Shown here: in pieces, positions 22,722-34,480 of the stretch
Layout: every line of letters starts with the position of its first letter
Numbering within the stretch: the first letter of the stretch is position 1
NCBI GenBank assembly: GCA_013416795.1
Contig: RQSC01000029.1
Location: 556,373 to 620,372 of the forward strand
From: Prasinococcaceae sp. CCMP 1430
Lineage: Eukaryota > Plantae > Prasinodermophyta
DNA: 64,000 nucleotides
Direction: 5' to 3'
Notes under the pieces: model-generated
Databases searched by the model: none
Seen by the model: the letters and a program-made list of their open reading frames with translations, nothing else
What the model was told of the DNA's origin: nothing
Position numbers and translations under genes: made by a program

Positions 22722-25388
22722 TCAGGGCGAGACGTGCGTCTCGATGCCTCTGGCCATGGCCGCATCTGGGGCGGCCTCCGCCGCGCCTGTCGCCGGCCGC
22801 AGCGCGTCGGCCGCCACGAAGAGACCGCGCCACGCGCCGCACGCGAAGTAGCGCACGCCATCAACGCTGCCATCGTTCTTGCCTAGCGGCTGCGAGAGCT
22901 CAATGCCCACCCACTCGCCGGGCGCGAAGGCCGTCCGCCCGTAGTACCGGATCGTCCCCTGCAGCGGCGCCTCGCGGTCGCCGACCATGACGTAATCTCC
23001 AGGCTGAAAAGTGATGGGCGCGCTCGGCTGCTCGCCGCTACCACCGAAGGCCTCCAGCGCAAGACCAAGCGCTTTGACGTCGCCGGCCGCGTGGGCGCGC
23101 GCGCACAGGGCCAGCACGCTCTCCAGCAGCACCTCCCGTTGCGTGAGCGGCGGGTTGTGCTGAGCATTCGCACCCGCCCCCGCACCAAGGGCAATCGGAG
23201 GCGCCGGCGCGTGCGCCATGCGTGGCGTGTGTACGCGTGGGTTCCCCTCTGGGCTGGCCGCGGGCGAAGGCCTGCTCTGTGTCGGCGGGCTCTCTGACCC
23301 AGCGGCATCCCGCGCCTTCGACTTCTCTTCGGCTGTTGCACCGGCATCGTTGCCATCGGCCGCATCGATTGCGGTCTCGCCCCCCAGCGTGCTCTCCACC
23401 GCAGGCGACGGCGCGTCCGCGCCCGCCCGCGCGCCTCGCCGTTCTTCCGCGCGCGTGGCGTTCCGGTCCGTCCCTCTGGCGTCGCGCGCGCCGTCCTCCT
23501 CACCCTTGACGACGCCGGCGAGCTGTCCTGGCTTGCCTCCCTTGCTCTTGACGCGCTTCATATTGATCTTCGGCACAGGCGGCTTGCGTGCTTTCGTCGC
23601 GGTGCCGAATGTGGCCTCGCTGCCGGCCATCTGCGCGTCCGCGGCATGTGCCTGCTTGGCATTTGCGTCGTGAGTCCCGCGCCCGCCCTTGCCTGTGAGC
23701 GCCGCGAGGCTGCCGGGACCGCCCGCGCCGCTGCCGCCCCGCGCGTTCGCCCCACTGCTGCGCGCGCTCTTGGGCACGGGCTTGCCGCGTGTGAGGGCGG
23801 CGAGGCGAGGACTCTCTCGCGGGTCGTGCCGGTCGTCGTCCTCGGACCTTTCCTCCACCGTCCCATCGCCGCCCTTCGCACGCGCGCCAGTGTGGGCCTC
23901 CTGCAACAGCTTCTGCTCCTCCACCCACGCCGCCACGACGTCGGAGCGCGGCCGTCCGCCGCGCGCCAAGCGCGCCGACTTCGGGCGCTCGCGCTTCCCC
24001 TCCGCGCGGTGGTGGGCAGCGCGAGCATCACCGGTGGCGCTGCGGTGCGTCTGCGAGCCCGCATCGGGCGCATCGGCTCTATCCTCTCCAGGGGCGGCCG
24101 CCCGCGTGCGCGCATGCGCCGTGCGTGGGCGCGGCAGCCTGCTTCTCGCGGACACGTCCGCGCCGTCGACGGCGCCATTGCTGGTCCGGCTGCCCGCCGA
24201 GAGCGCCCCCGCCGCCTCTCGCGCCGCGCGCTCGACGTCGCAGAGGCGCAGCGCAGCGATGTCATCCGAGGACAGCGTCCTCCCGCGCGCGATGGACTCG
24301 CACAGGAGGCGCACGGCGGCTTCGCCCCGCTCTTCGTGCCCGTCGACGCCAGCCAGCGCCGCGCCGAGCGCCGCCTCGCCGGGCGCCCGCCCGCCCGAAT
24401 CGCCAGCCCTCGGCGTCGCCGCCGGAGTGGGGAGCAGGCTGGGCGCGACGCCCTCGCTGGCACTCTCTTCCATGTAGCGCGCGGCCAGCGGGGCCACGAG
24501 CGGATGCTTGAGCAGCTCGGCCGCGCTGGGCCGCTCCGCCGCGCTGCGCCGCAGCATGGAGCGGATGAGGGCGCGCGTGGGCTGCGAGAAGTGCGCCGGC
24601 AGGGCCGCCACCGAGCCCTTCTTGATCTTGTCCGCCAGCCCCTCCACGTTGAACGCGGTGAAGGCGGGGCGCAGCGCCGCCAGCTCGTAGAGCACGCAGC
24701 CCAGGCTCCAGATGTCCGCGCCGAGGCCGTACGGTTGGTCGTTGAGCATTTCCGGCGCCATGTAGTTGGGCGTGCCCACGACGGCGGTGGCGCGGGCCCC
24801 GGCGTGCTCCAGGACCTTGCAGAGGCCGAGGTCGCCGAGCCGCGCCGTCCCGTCGCGCTTGAGGAACACGTTGGCGCTCTTGATGTCCCTGTGGATGATG
24901 TTGTTCGAGTGCAGGTGGTCCACCGCGAGCAGCAGCTGCGCCGCCCACTCGAGGATCTGCTCCTCGGCAAAGTAGCGGCCGCGCGCGCGCCGCAGCACGT
25001 TGTAGAGGTCGCCGCCGTCGCAGTACTGCGAGACGATGTGCACCATGCACCCGCGTTCGATCCACGCCTCGCGCGCGCCCACGATGTACGGGTGCCGCAG
25101 CCGCGCGTGCGTCGCGAGCGCCATCTCCTGCAGCGACGCCACGCGCTGGCGCTCGGACTGGCGCGCGAGGCGGATCTTCTTCAGGATGTAGCGGCGGGTG
25201 CGCGAGCTCCCGCCGCCGCGCCCGCCGTTCGCCGCCGCCGCGAGCGCCGCGTTTCCCTCTGCGCCGCCATCGCCGACGCCGTTGGCGTCGGCGGGCGCAT
25301 CCTCGGCTCCCTTGGCGCGGCGCGTCACGAGGTAGGCGTCGCCGAAGGCGCCCTTGCCGATGAGCTCGCGCACCGCGTAGTTCTCCAT
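22722..25388 (-). CDS. NIMA-related (plant NEK-type) Ser/Thr kinase with a C-terminal CAP-Gly domain
   Basis: MENYAVRELIGKGAFG, LKKIRLARQ, HRDIKSANVF, LGDLGL, GTPNYMAPE; C-terminal GTIRYYGRTAFAPGEWVGIELSQPLGKNDGSVDGVRYF. One continuous ORF. Confidence 0.92.
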   Translation of the reverse strand: MENYAVRELIGKGAFGDAYLVTRRAKGAEDAPADANGVGDGGAEGNAALAAAANGGRGGGSSRTRRYILKKIRLARQSERQRVASLQEMALATHARLRHPYIVGAREAWIERGCMVHIVSQYCDGGDLYNVLRRARGRYFAEEQILEWAAQLLLAVDHLHSNNIIHRDIKSANVFLKRDGTARLGDLGLCKVLEHAGARATAVVGTPNYMAPEMLNDQPYGLGADIWSLGCVLYELAALRPAFTAFNVEGLADKIKKGSVAALPAHFSQPTRALIRSMLRRSAAERPSAAELLKHPLVAPLAARYMEESASEGVAPSLLPTPAATPRAGDSGGRAPGEAALGAALAGVDGHEERGEAAVRLLCESIARGRTLSSDDIAALRLCDVERAAREAAGALSAGSRTSNGAVDGADVSARSRLPRPRTAHARTRAAAPGEDRADAPDAGSQTHRSATGDARAAHHRAEGKRERPKSARLARGGRPRSDVVAAWVEEQKLLQEAHTGARAKGGDGTVEERSEDDDRHDPRESPRLAALTRGKPVPKSARSSGANARGGSGAGGPGSLAALTGKGGRGTHDANAKQAHAADAQMAGSEATFGTATKARKPPVPKINMKRVKSKGGKPGQLAGVVKGEEDGARDARGTDRNATRAEERRGARAGADAPSPAVESTLGGETAIDAADGNDAGATAEEKSKARDAAGSESPPTQSRPSPAASPEGNPRVHTPRMAHAPAPPIALGAGAGANAQHNPPLTQREVLLESVLALCARAHAAGDVKALGLALEAFGGSGEQPSAPITFQPGDYVMVGDREAPLQGTIRYYGRTAFAPGEWVGIELSQPLGKNDGSVDGVRYFACGAWRGLFVAADALRPATGAAEAAPDAAMARGIETHVSP

Positions 25389-26162
25389 GGCTGGCGCTGC
25401 CCGGGCGTCCGCGGGGTGGGGGGGCACCCCCCACCCGCCGCGCGCGGCGCCGCGCGCCTCCCGCCCTCCCGGCTGCGCCGCGTTCGAACCGCCGGCCGGC
25501 CGCCGCGGCGCGCTCGCGACGCGGCGATACCATGGCCAGGACCAGGCGCGAGCGACGGCCCGGCGGGTTTTGATTTATTTCTTTCTTGGGGTATTTTCGG
25601 ACGCGCGGTTTTTTTTTGGCCCGCTCCGCCCCGCCCGTCATCGGCCGGGCCCGCACAAAACGTACGCAGATCCAAAACGTAAGGCAGAGGCGAGGTATGT
25701 TTGCATTGGCAGAATGTAATGCTTTTTGACCTTCACATCCTTTGCCCTCGGTTTCCTTGACGTGTCCGCAGCGCCAGTGCGAGGTCGACGCTGCACTCTG
25801 TGGTCAGAGGCTCCCACGGGCGCCGCACCACAGGCGCGGCGCCCAAAGTTTTGGACCGAGGTACCGTCGCAGCACAGCACGCGCCTCATCTCGAATTAGG
25901 GCACTGCGCACTGCCTCAAAAGCGCGGAATCGAAGGCGCCTCCTCCACCGGAAAATGAGGATGTTTGACATGCGAGCGCGCTAATCCGCGGCATTCTCGG
26001 TCGCGGGCGCTGGCGGCGCGGGACGCCGGCGGCGGCTGCGTGCTTTTTGATAGGGGCCCTGCGCGCCGATGGTGGCCCGCCGGCCGCCGGGCGGAGGGCG
26101 GACCGCGCGCTTTCGGCGGGCGGCGTTCCGCAGGTTGGCGCGGGTGGATGCCAAGGACCCCN

Positions 26163-26615
26163 TGCCTCGTGCTGTTCCGCCCCTGATGCCAGTGAGAAAA
26201 GCAGCCTTGCTTCTCTTTTGGTCGCGCTTCTGCTCAACGGTGGCTCGCAGCATGGCGCCGTCGAGCACGGCGTCGCCGCTGCCCTCGCAAGCGAATGCTG
26301 CCGCCTGCGCTGCCGATGCGAGCTTGCCGATCTGGCGACCGCTAAAGCCCTCGGTGGCCTCCGCCGCGTCCATCAAGTCGGCGTCGCTTGCACATAGCAC
26401 TGGAGGCTCGGGGCGGCCAAAGACGCGCCGTGCAAGCTTGTAAAGCGTGCTCCTCTTCGCATTCGCGGGGAAGAACTTGTGAAGCTGGCGGCGCAAGATC
26501 TCCAAGCGCTCGGCCTTGCGTGGCAAGTCGAAGAAGACCGCTTCGTCCATGCGGTCGAGCACGGCACTGTCGAGGTCTTCAGGCCTGTTGCTGGCCAGCA
26601 CGAGCATGACGGTGG
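26163..26615 (-). CDS. C-terminal part of an ATAD3-like AAA+ ATPase; both ends cut by assembly breaks
   Basis: MLVLASNRPEDLDSAVLDRMDEAVFFDLP, TEGFSGRQIGKL; single N at 26162. Confidence 0.75.
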
Positions 26616-27070
26616 AGCTCGCGCCGCCCGCGCGACGTGGCGCGCCTCCCCGCCGGTGCCTCCGATCGACGTCGCATCGGGGCCGGGCGCATGTGCCCGG
26701 GCCCCTTGCGACTCCGGCGTCGCCGACCTCCAGGGATCGGGCGGCGACTCGCGCGACGTGTGCGGCTGGGCGGGGCGCGGCGCTCCGCCGCGCCCACCGC
26801 CGGGGACCCCCCCCCCTGTGGTGTGAGCTGGGGTGTGCCCGCGCCGCCGCTGCGAGGGCCGATTCGGGAGCGCGGCGGCGAGCGCACGCTCGAGCGGCCC
26901 TGCTTGCCTCGCTTGCCTCGCTGGCTGTTGCGGGCGCCTGTCGCGGCCACCTGCGATCGCGCCCCCTCCCGCGCGGCCTGCCGCCCGCGATTGCGCCGGC
27001 GCCTGTGCCCTTGCGAATGCGCTCGGTGGCGGCGGTGGTGCTGACGATCGGCTGCGCGTGCGCCCAATAG

Positions 27071-27585
27071 ATGTGCTCTCCATCGCCAAGACCGACGAGT
27101 ACTTCCGCATGATGTACGACACCAAGGGCCGCTTCAAGCTGCACCGCATCTCCGCCGAGGAGGCCGCGTTCAAGCTGTGCAAGGTGAAGCGCTGCCAGCT
27201 GGGCGACAAGGGCGTGCCCTACGTCGGCCTGCACGACAGCCGCACCGTGCGCTACCCGGACCCGGACATCAAGGTGAACGACACCGTCAAGGTTGACATC
27301 GAGACCGGCAAGATCACCGAGATTTTCAAGTTCAAGCTCGGCCAGATGTGCACGATCGTTGGCGGCCGCAACGCCGGCCGCGCGGGCGTCATCGCGCGCG
27401 TGGAGAAGCACAAGGGCTCGCACGACATCGCGCACATCAAGGACTCGGCGGGCAACACCTTCGCCACCCGCGCGGGCAACGTCTTCATCATCGGCAACGG
27501 CAAGGAGGCCGCCGTGTCCATGCCCAAGGGCAAGGGTGTCAAGCTGTCCATCGTCGAGGAGCAGGCCAAGAAGTACGGCCTGTAA
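27071..27585 (+). CDS. RPS4: 40S ribosomal protein S4 (eS4), last exon; upstream exons missing
   Basis: DVLSIAKTDEYFRMMYDTKGRF, FKLCKVKR, RTVRYPDPDIKVNDTV, GGRNAGRAG, FATRAGNVFIIG; preceded by a CTGAC..TAG acceptor. Confidence 0.93.
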
Positions 27586-28033
27586 GCGTCCTCGCACCCC
27601 TGTGAGGCGACTGGCGGCGCCCCATGCGGCGGCGCCCAGCCACCTCCTCCCGTGCGCCGGCACGCGGCCCCCGCCGCGCCCGGCTGCACACGCTGCTGCT
27701 GCTAATCGACTCCCGCCCTCGCGGCGGGAACCATTTGCGCGGGCGTTAATACTCCTCAATGTAAGAACTACGGCGGGGGTCACACCCACGTATTTACCAA
27801 CGACGGGAACCCTCATCGCCCTCCCACACCTCAGAGGGCTCCTTCCGCACAGCACGGCAACGGCGTCTCGAGCGCGAGCATCGCCAGGCGCGCCCTGCAC
27901 GTCGCGCCGCGCCGCGGCGCGCGACCATCGAGCGTGCGGGATGGAGCGGGATTGATTACAGGGCTACCTGGGGATGTGCCGACCGCGGGGTGACGGCAGC
28001 GGCCGTCGAGCGCTCCAGCTGCGCCATCCGCGC

Positions 28034-28899
28034 CTACTCGTAGGACATGATGGCGCGGAACTCTTTCGCGCTGATCTCGCCGTCGCCGTCCTGTGGGTGG
28101 CGCTACGCGTCAGCCTCGCCGGGGAGCGAGCGCGTGCCGTGCAGTGCAGCGCCGGGCTGGGCTGCGCGCGAGCATGGAGCGCAGCGCGAGGGCGTCTCAC
28201 GCATGCGGGAACCCCGAAGCCCGCCGCTGCCTCGCCACGACCGACACGCGCGTCTGCCCGCAGAGACACGTAAGTGGCGGCGTGTGCGCGCAAAGCGCCC
28301 CTCACCTTGTCGAACTCGTCGATCATGGAGAGCAGCTCGTCGTCGTCGGGCCTCTCTCCCACCTCCTTGGCGGCCTTCCGAAGGTCGCGCAGGCTAATTT
28401 TGCCGTCGCCGTCGGCGTCGAAGAGCGCAAAGGCGCGCTCGAGCTCCTCCATCGGGTCGCGGTTGGTGATGCGCTCGGTCATGATGTCCAGGAACTCCGA
28501 GTAGTCGATAGCGCCCGACTGGTCCTTGTCATGCTTCTCGAGAATTTTGAGGACGTCTGCCTTCTTCACCGCGAAGCCCAGCGCGCGCATGGCCGTCTTC
28601 AGCTCGGCGTACTCGATGGTTCCGGAATTGTCCGCGTCGAAGAGGTGGAACGCCTCGCGCACCTCGGCCTCCTGCTCTTTGGAGAGCTGCGGCCGCGAGC
28701 CGCTGTGCTTGCCGCGCCTGCGTCGTGTGCTGCTGATCATGCGGCCGCCGCGCGGGGCCAGGCTGCTCGCAGCCGAGCCCGGCGCTTTGATGGCGCTCGG
28801 CGCCGCGCTGTGCATGCGCCCCCCGGGGCCGCGCGAGTACGCGTCGTCGCCGCTGTCTTCGAAGCGCGCGCTGAGCCTGCCCGACGTGCTCATGACCAT
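28034..28899 (-). CDS. Centrin, CETN3/Cdc31-like; intron 28091-28305
   Basis: Four EF-hands. [18 protein letters not shown] and MIDEFDK|DGDGEIS resemble centrin-3. Confidence 0.88.
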
Positions 28900-30461
28900 G
28901 GCGGCGCTGCGCCCCCTGCCCACGCGCGCGCGCGAGCGCACGCGCGCTCCTCCCCTCGCCCCTGCCCGTCGAGGCCCGGCCCCGCCCTCGCCCGCGCACC
29001 CGCGAGCGCCCCCAGAAGGCGTCCCGCGTCCGCTCGGTGGGGACAGGGTCTGCCGCGCGGCGTGTGTCCCTCCGCTCCCCCTCCCTACCCCGTCCCGCGC
29101 CCGTGCCCGGCAGCGCCGCGGCGGCGTCCGACTTCCCACTTGTGCTCTCTGTCTATTTGTGTGTTCGCGTGCGTACTGTCCTGTTGCGACCGACGTTTGC
29201 CCGCCATCACTTTCAGAGGCGTCGATTTCGGTCCGTCCGCGCGCGCATTCGCCACCACAATCTGAGGGCGTCGATTTCGGTCCGCGCTCGCGCACTCGCC
29301 GCCCGGGCCGGCCGAGCGCCTCGCCGCCGCGCCGCGATGCGATGCGATACGGATCCGGCGCGGGGGGGGCGGACGCGCGCGCGCGCCGAGGGGAAACGCC
29401 ACACGCACGCATCCGCATCCATCTCTCTCCGAGCCCTCGCCCGTCGGTGTTTTTTGGGGGGATGTCTGATGTAGATACGGCCGAATGCAATGGGTTTTCT
29501 GGTATGGACATCCCCAAAAAGGGACAGGCGCGGGCTAAAACTCTCCCCTCTCTCAACCATCGCACACGCACGACACACAACACACACCACCAACCAAAGT
29601 CTCGTACGCACACATCAAAGCACACACCTCGGCTTTAGTCTCCCGTGGGTAAAAATGAGCTCAAGATGAGGGGACGCGCGCGCGCGAGTGCGCGCGCGCG
29701 GGGCGTATGTCGGCGGGGCCGGCGTCGGCGCGGGCGTCGCGCAGGCGTTTTGATGGGGCGCGCGGTGGCTTGCAATCAATCGCCCACCCACCCACCCACC
29801 CACCCACCCCACCCTACCCCACCCACCCTCCCTCCTGCTTTTCGCGCGGCCGCGGCGCGCGCGGGGGAACAGAACCGGAACCCGAACCGAAACGTTCGGA
29901 ACCGCCCGACCATTTGAGACCGGCGACGACGCAGGGAGTGAAAAACAAACAAACAAAAAAAGAACGCGCATGCCCAGGGAAGATCCAGCGGCGCACCCGC
30001 TGCGTCGCGCGTCGCGCTGCGATGCCCCGCTCGAAAGGGGGGCGAGAAAGAAAGAGCGGCTGGAAAAGGAAGGGGGGCGGCGACGCCCCCGCCGGTCCGC
30101 TGCGGCGCAATTTCTCGCACGCTCGGCGCTCGCGTTCCCCCTCGCCAACAACGCGGAGGGGTGCAGGACGGCCGAGGACGGAGGGGCGCGAGCGCGACGC
30201 GCGACGCGCGACGCCGGGCGGTGTGGGCAAGGGGAGAGGACGAATGTGTGTGTGTGTGTGTGTGGGGGGGGGGGGAATTCATGCGCACTGTCCGTGCCGC
30301 GCGGAGCGTGTGACTCCCTGATGTGTGAATGGTGGGATATGGGTACAATTTCGCGCGGTGGCCAGCGGGGGCGCGAGCGCCCTGTTTGCGCGCGCGCCTG
30401 GAGCGAGTGTCGATGCGCGGTCCCGAAGCGCCGTTGCTCGTGCGCGCGCCGACGCAGAGCG

Positions 30462-33207
30462 TCACTCGCTGGCGTCCTCCGAGCTTTCTGTATCCTCAGC
30501 GGCGAGTTTGTCGACCTTGGCCTCCAGTACACGGAGCGCGTCGAGTACGGTGGCAGCATCGCCGCCGCCGACGGCAGGGGCCTGCGCCCGCGCTGCAATT
30601 GCTGGATTTGCTGGGGACGAGACGCCGCGGACGGTGATTGAACCCTGTCTGAGCTGCTCAACGACTGAGAGCGGGGTATCCGAGTGCGCGCTCATGCCGA
30701 TCGCGTGGCCCGCGAGCACCTGCGCGCGGTCGAGACCCTGCTCCGCCGCGACGCTCTGCGAGAACGATTCTTGGTCGAGGTCCAGCCGCTCGCGAAGCTC
30801 GGCCACCTCGTGAGCATCGAGCCTCTCGTCCTCAGGCATTGCTTCCAACTCCATGTGCGAGGTGCCAGCCTGCGCCTCGACAGCTTTCATGATCGCGTCG
30901 CTGTCCTCGCCCATCGGCTCCTGCTCGCTGCCAGTGCTTCCGCCCACCGGCGTCACCAGCGCGCTGTCGCCTTCGTCAAGAGCATCAGAGCCAGCGCCTG
31001 CGGCATTTGCAACGTCCGCGCCATGGGGGTGCGTGCGCCTGTGCATCGTCATGCTCGATGCGATGCCATGCACGCGATCGTGCTTCGAGTTCTCGACGCT
31101 GCTCGCGATCGACACGCCTTCCTTCGACTCTGCGCTGCGCCTACGCGAGCGCACGCGCACGTGCGTGCGGGTGGGGAAAGGTTCGGTGGAGAATCGGCGA
31201 TTGGGGGGTCAGCGTCTCGCCGCGCCAGAAGCGGCTCCATTGCACTCGCCGCGCGATCGCGCGCCGCCATCGCGCCATCAGTATGCCGCATCGCGGGCGA
31301 ATGCGCGCACCTGCTCGCGCCCGCATCACCAACGACGTGGACGTTCTGCTCCCACTTGGACGACTCTTGACGCTTCGCCTTCGGTAGCCGCGAGAGCGCG
31401 TACGAACGCAACACCGCCCGCAGTTGAGGAAATCGCACGCACAGCCGGTCGACGTCGGCGCGCGGCAGCAGGCACAGTTCGCACTGGGTGTTGGCGACGA
31501 CTGTGTGCGTGCGAGTGTGCGCGAGCCCGACGACAACGTGCAAGCCGAAGACGTCGCCACTCAGCAGCGGGCTGGTCAAAAGCGGCTCGGTCTCTCCCCT
31601 CTCGAATATGTCGAGCTCGCCCTTGATCACGACGAACATGGCGTCGGCGGGCTCGCTCGCTCGGCACACGATGTCGCCCGGCGCGACGTTAAAAGGGCGC
31701 AGCACCTCACACAGGCCCTCGAGAGCCTCCTTGCCGCCCGCGGCGAAGACGGGCACGCCGCGCAGCAGGTCCATGAAGATGCCTATTTGCAGCGCGCGCG
31801 TGAGCGTCTGCGGCAGCTCTTTGATGATCGCATCCTGATCGTACTTGCGGTGGCGTGGGTACACCTGCTCAAAGTACCTGATGACGCGGTACGCCACATC
31901 GCTGGGCACGTGCCTGTCGCTCATGTAGTCACGCACCGCGCTCATGAAGTCCTCGTAGTTGCGCTGCGACACGCTGGCGGACGTCACGATGTCAACCAGC
32001 GACGACACGAGGAACGCGAACGACATGCCCCCGAGCACCATCACGCCCACCGCCGCCATTTGCTCCATCCACGTCTCCGCCGTCACATCGCCGTAGCCGA
32101 CCGTCGAGAGCGTCATCACGCTCCAGTACAGCGCTAGCATGTACGAGCGCCACCAGGGCGCGCCCTGCAGCTGCTCGCGCGCCACCCATCCGTATCTGTA
32201 CACGTCGACGCCGTCCCCGTACAGGGCGCCATCGTCATCGAGGTCGAAGCCGCTCCAGTACGTCTCATCGACGGTGCCGATGAGGTACCACGCGCAGCTG
32301 ATGCAGTGCGCCATGCCCGCCAGCCCGAAGACGACGTGGAGGAGCCGCACGGCGGTGTCGAGGCGCTCCTTGGTGCGCTTGCTCAGGTGCTGGCGGCACG
32401 TTCTGACGTACACCTTTCCGAGTGAGTCCACACGCCACAGCCGCGTCAGCTTGGCACTCATCAGCCCGTAGAACAGCCACACCGGCGTTGCGCCCGCGGC
32501 AATCAGCAGCGAGCCGCAGAAGGCGACCGCGTCGCACAGCGCCCACGTCCGCCAGTAGTTGATCCGGATGCGCTTGGGGCACGCCACAAGCACGGGCTGC
32601 CGCGTCCCGCTCTGGTACTCGAAGAAGGCCGTTCGCAGGTGCACGAGCACGTCCGAGAAGAAGAGGGCGCACACGGCCACGTCCAGCCCCAGTCGGTGGG
32701 ACGGCACCTTGTGGACGTACGCGATGCGCAGCGGGGCGTACACGAGCACGAGCGTCGCGAGCGCCCACTGGAGCAGGTCCCACAGCCCGAGCACCAGGCA
32801 GCCCGGGACGAGCGCGAACGACGGCAGCCGCAGGCGGTGCAGCTGCAGCGCGCGCGCGACGCGCGCGAGCGCGTCGCCGGCGGGCGGACCGCCGGCGGCG
32901 GTGGGCGAGGCGCGGTGTGCGCGCGCGACGTCCTGGTACACCAAGCCGTTGAGCATCGCGGCGGCCGATCTGCGCACGAACGCGTATCGATTGCCCGTAC
33001 CACCCTCGCGTGCGCCCCTCTTCGGGCCGCCCGTGAACGTCTGCGGCGAGTCGAGGCCGCCCTCGTCGCGCGGGCCGCGCCTGGCCGGCGCGTGGCGCCG
33101 GTACAGAGCGCTCCTCCGCCAGGTCTTGCGCTGCCCGGCTTGAGCTGCGCGCGGGGCGTCGCGCGGGCCAGCCAGGGGCGCCGAATGCGGGAGCGCCAAA
33201 GGAGGGG

Positions 33208-33258
<51 letters not shown>

Positions 33259-33625
33259 AGGGAGGTTGGGTGGTTTTTGGCGTGCGGGCGCTCACGTGTC
33301 AGGGCGCCGCTCGCCCTGATGCGCGCGCGGTGATCGGGAACGCCGCCGCGCGGCGCTCGCACGCACCGTCCCCGTGCGTCTGGACCAGCAGCGATTCCAC
33401 GTCCCCCGCGCTGTAGCGCTCGGCCGCGATGCTCGCCAGCCAGCGCTCCTCCTCCTCAGTCAGCGCGTCGGCCGACGGCTGCGCCGCGTGGCCCGGTGAG
33501 CCCCCCGGCGCCGCACACGGCACGGGCTCATCACTCGCGGCCCCGTCCGCGTCGCCGGCGGCAGCCTCCCCGTGCGTGCCGTACGACTCGAGTCGCACGA
33601 GCGCCGGCTGCTTGGCCGCCGCCAT
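30462..33625 (-). CDS. Voltage-gated K+ channel with a cyclic-nucleotide-binding domain (KCNH/plant Shaker-like); introns 31141-31310 and from 33366 (acceptor uncertain)
   Basis: YWSVMTLSTVGYGDV selectivity filter, S4-like KLTRLWRV, C-linker and cNBD (PGDIVCRASEPADAMFVVIKGEL, GDVFG, TRTHTVVANTQCELCLL). Confidence 0.88.
33208..33256. repeat. (GT)n microsatellite in intron 1 of the K+ channel gene
   Basis: About 24 GT units. Confidence 0.9.
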
Positions 33626-33670
33626 GCTTGGACCGCGCCGCGCGGGGCGGGGCGATGCGGTTCGGTGTGT

Positions 33671-33701
<31 letters not shown>

Positions 33702-34480
33702 GGGGGGGGGGGCCGGACCGTTGCCCCTCCTGCGCTCAGGCCCCCCTTCCCCCGCTGCTCCAAGACCTCCGCCCCAGCTACCAACCCACCACCCAACCCA
33801 CCCACGCCCTGCGCCCCCCCCCCGCGCGCGCGCGCGGCGGCGCCCCCCGCCGGCGCTCTGCCGTGTCCCCCCTTCCCGCCGCGCGCGCGCCCGAGATGCG
33901 CGTAGGGAGACGCACGCGCGCGCGCGCGCGCACGCGCAGGCGCGCGTTTGGGGTCAGGAGAGTCGGTATTTGGGTTCGAAGCCCGCTCACGCGCACGCAG
34001 GGTCTACGTCCCGCACGAAACATGCGCAGCGCGCGCAGCGGAGCGTCGCTGCGCAGTGCATTAAATATCCGCTCGCATCGTATCAGATCGCATCTTGTAG
34101 TCTACCCTGCCTTGTTGCCTGAAAGTCACTTTTAGGGTCAAACACTGAAAACTTTGATCTAAAAATGCTCCTTGACAGGCCGCGTATCGGGTCGGATCCG
34201 CGGTCGCGCGCTTTTCGGCGCGGCGGCGCGCGCGCGCGCGTGGCACTTATCGGGACGCGCCGCGCGCGCGTGGCGGCGCNNNNNNNNNNNNNNNNNNNNN
34301 NNNNNNNNNNNNNNNNNNNNNNNNNNNNNNNNNNNNNNNNNNNNNNNNNNNNNNNNNNNNNNNNNNNNNNNNNNNNNNNNNNNNNNNNNNNNNNNNNNNN
34401 NNNNNNNNNNNNNNNNNNNNNNNNNNNNNNNNNNNNNNNNNNNNNNNNNNNNNNNNNNNNNNNNNNNNNNNNNNNNNNNN

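Noticed and set aside
10182-29650. Peptide motif (I/F)THGRL recurring on the minus strand at three sites
   Set aside because: Third codon positions are invariant and flanks are not coding-like, so conservation is at DNA level (the TCTCCCGTGGG motif).
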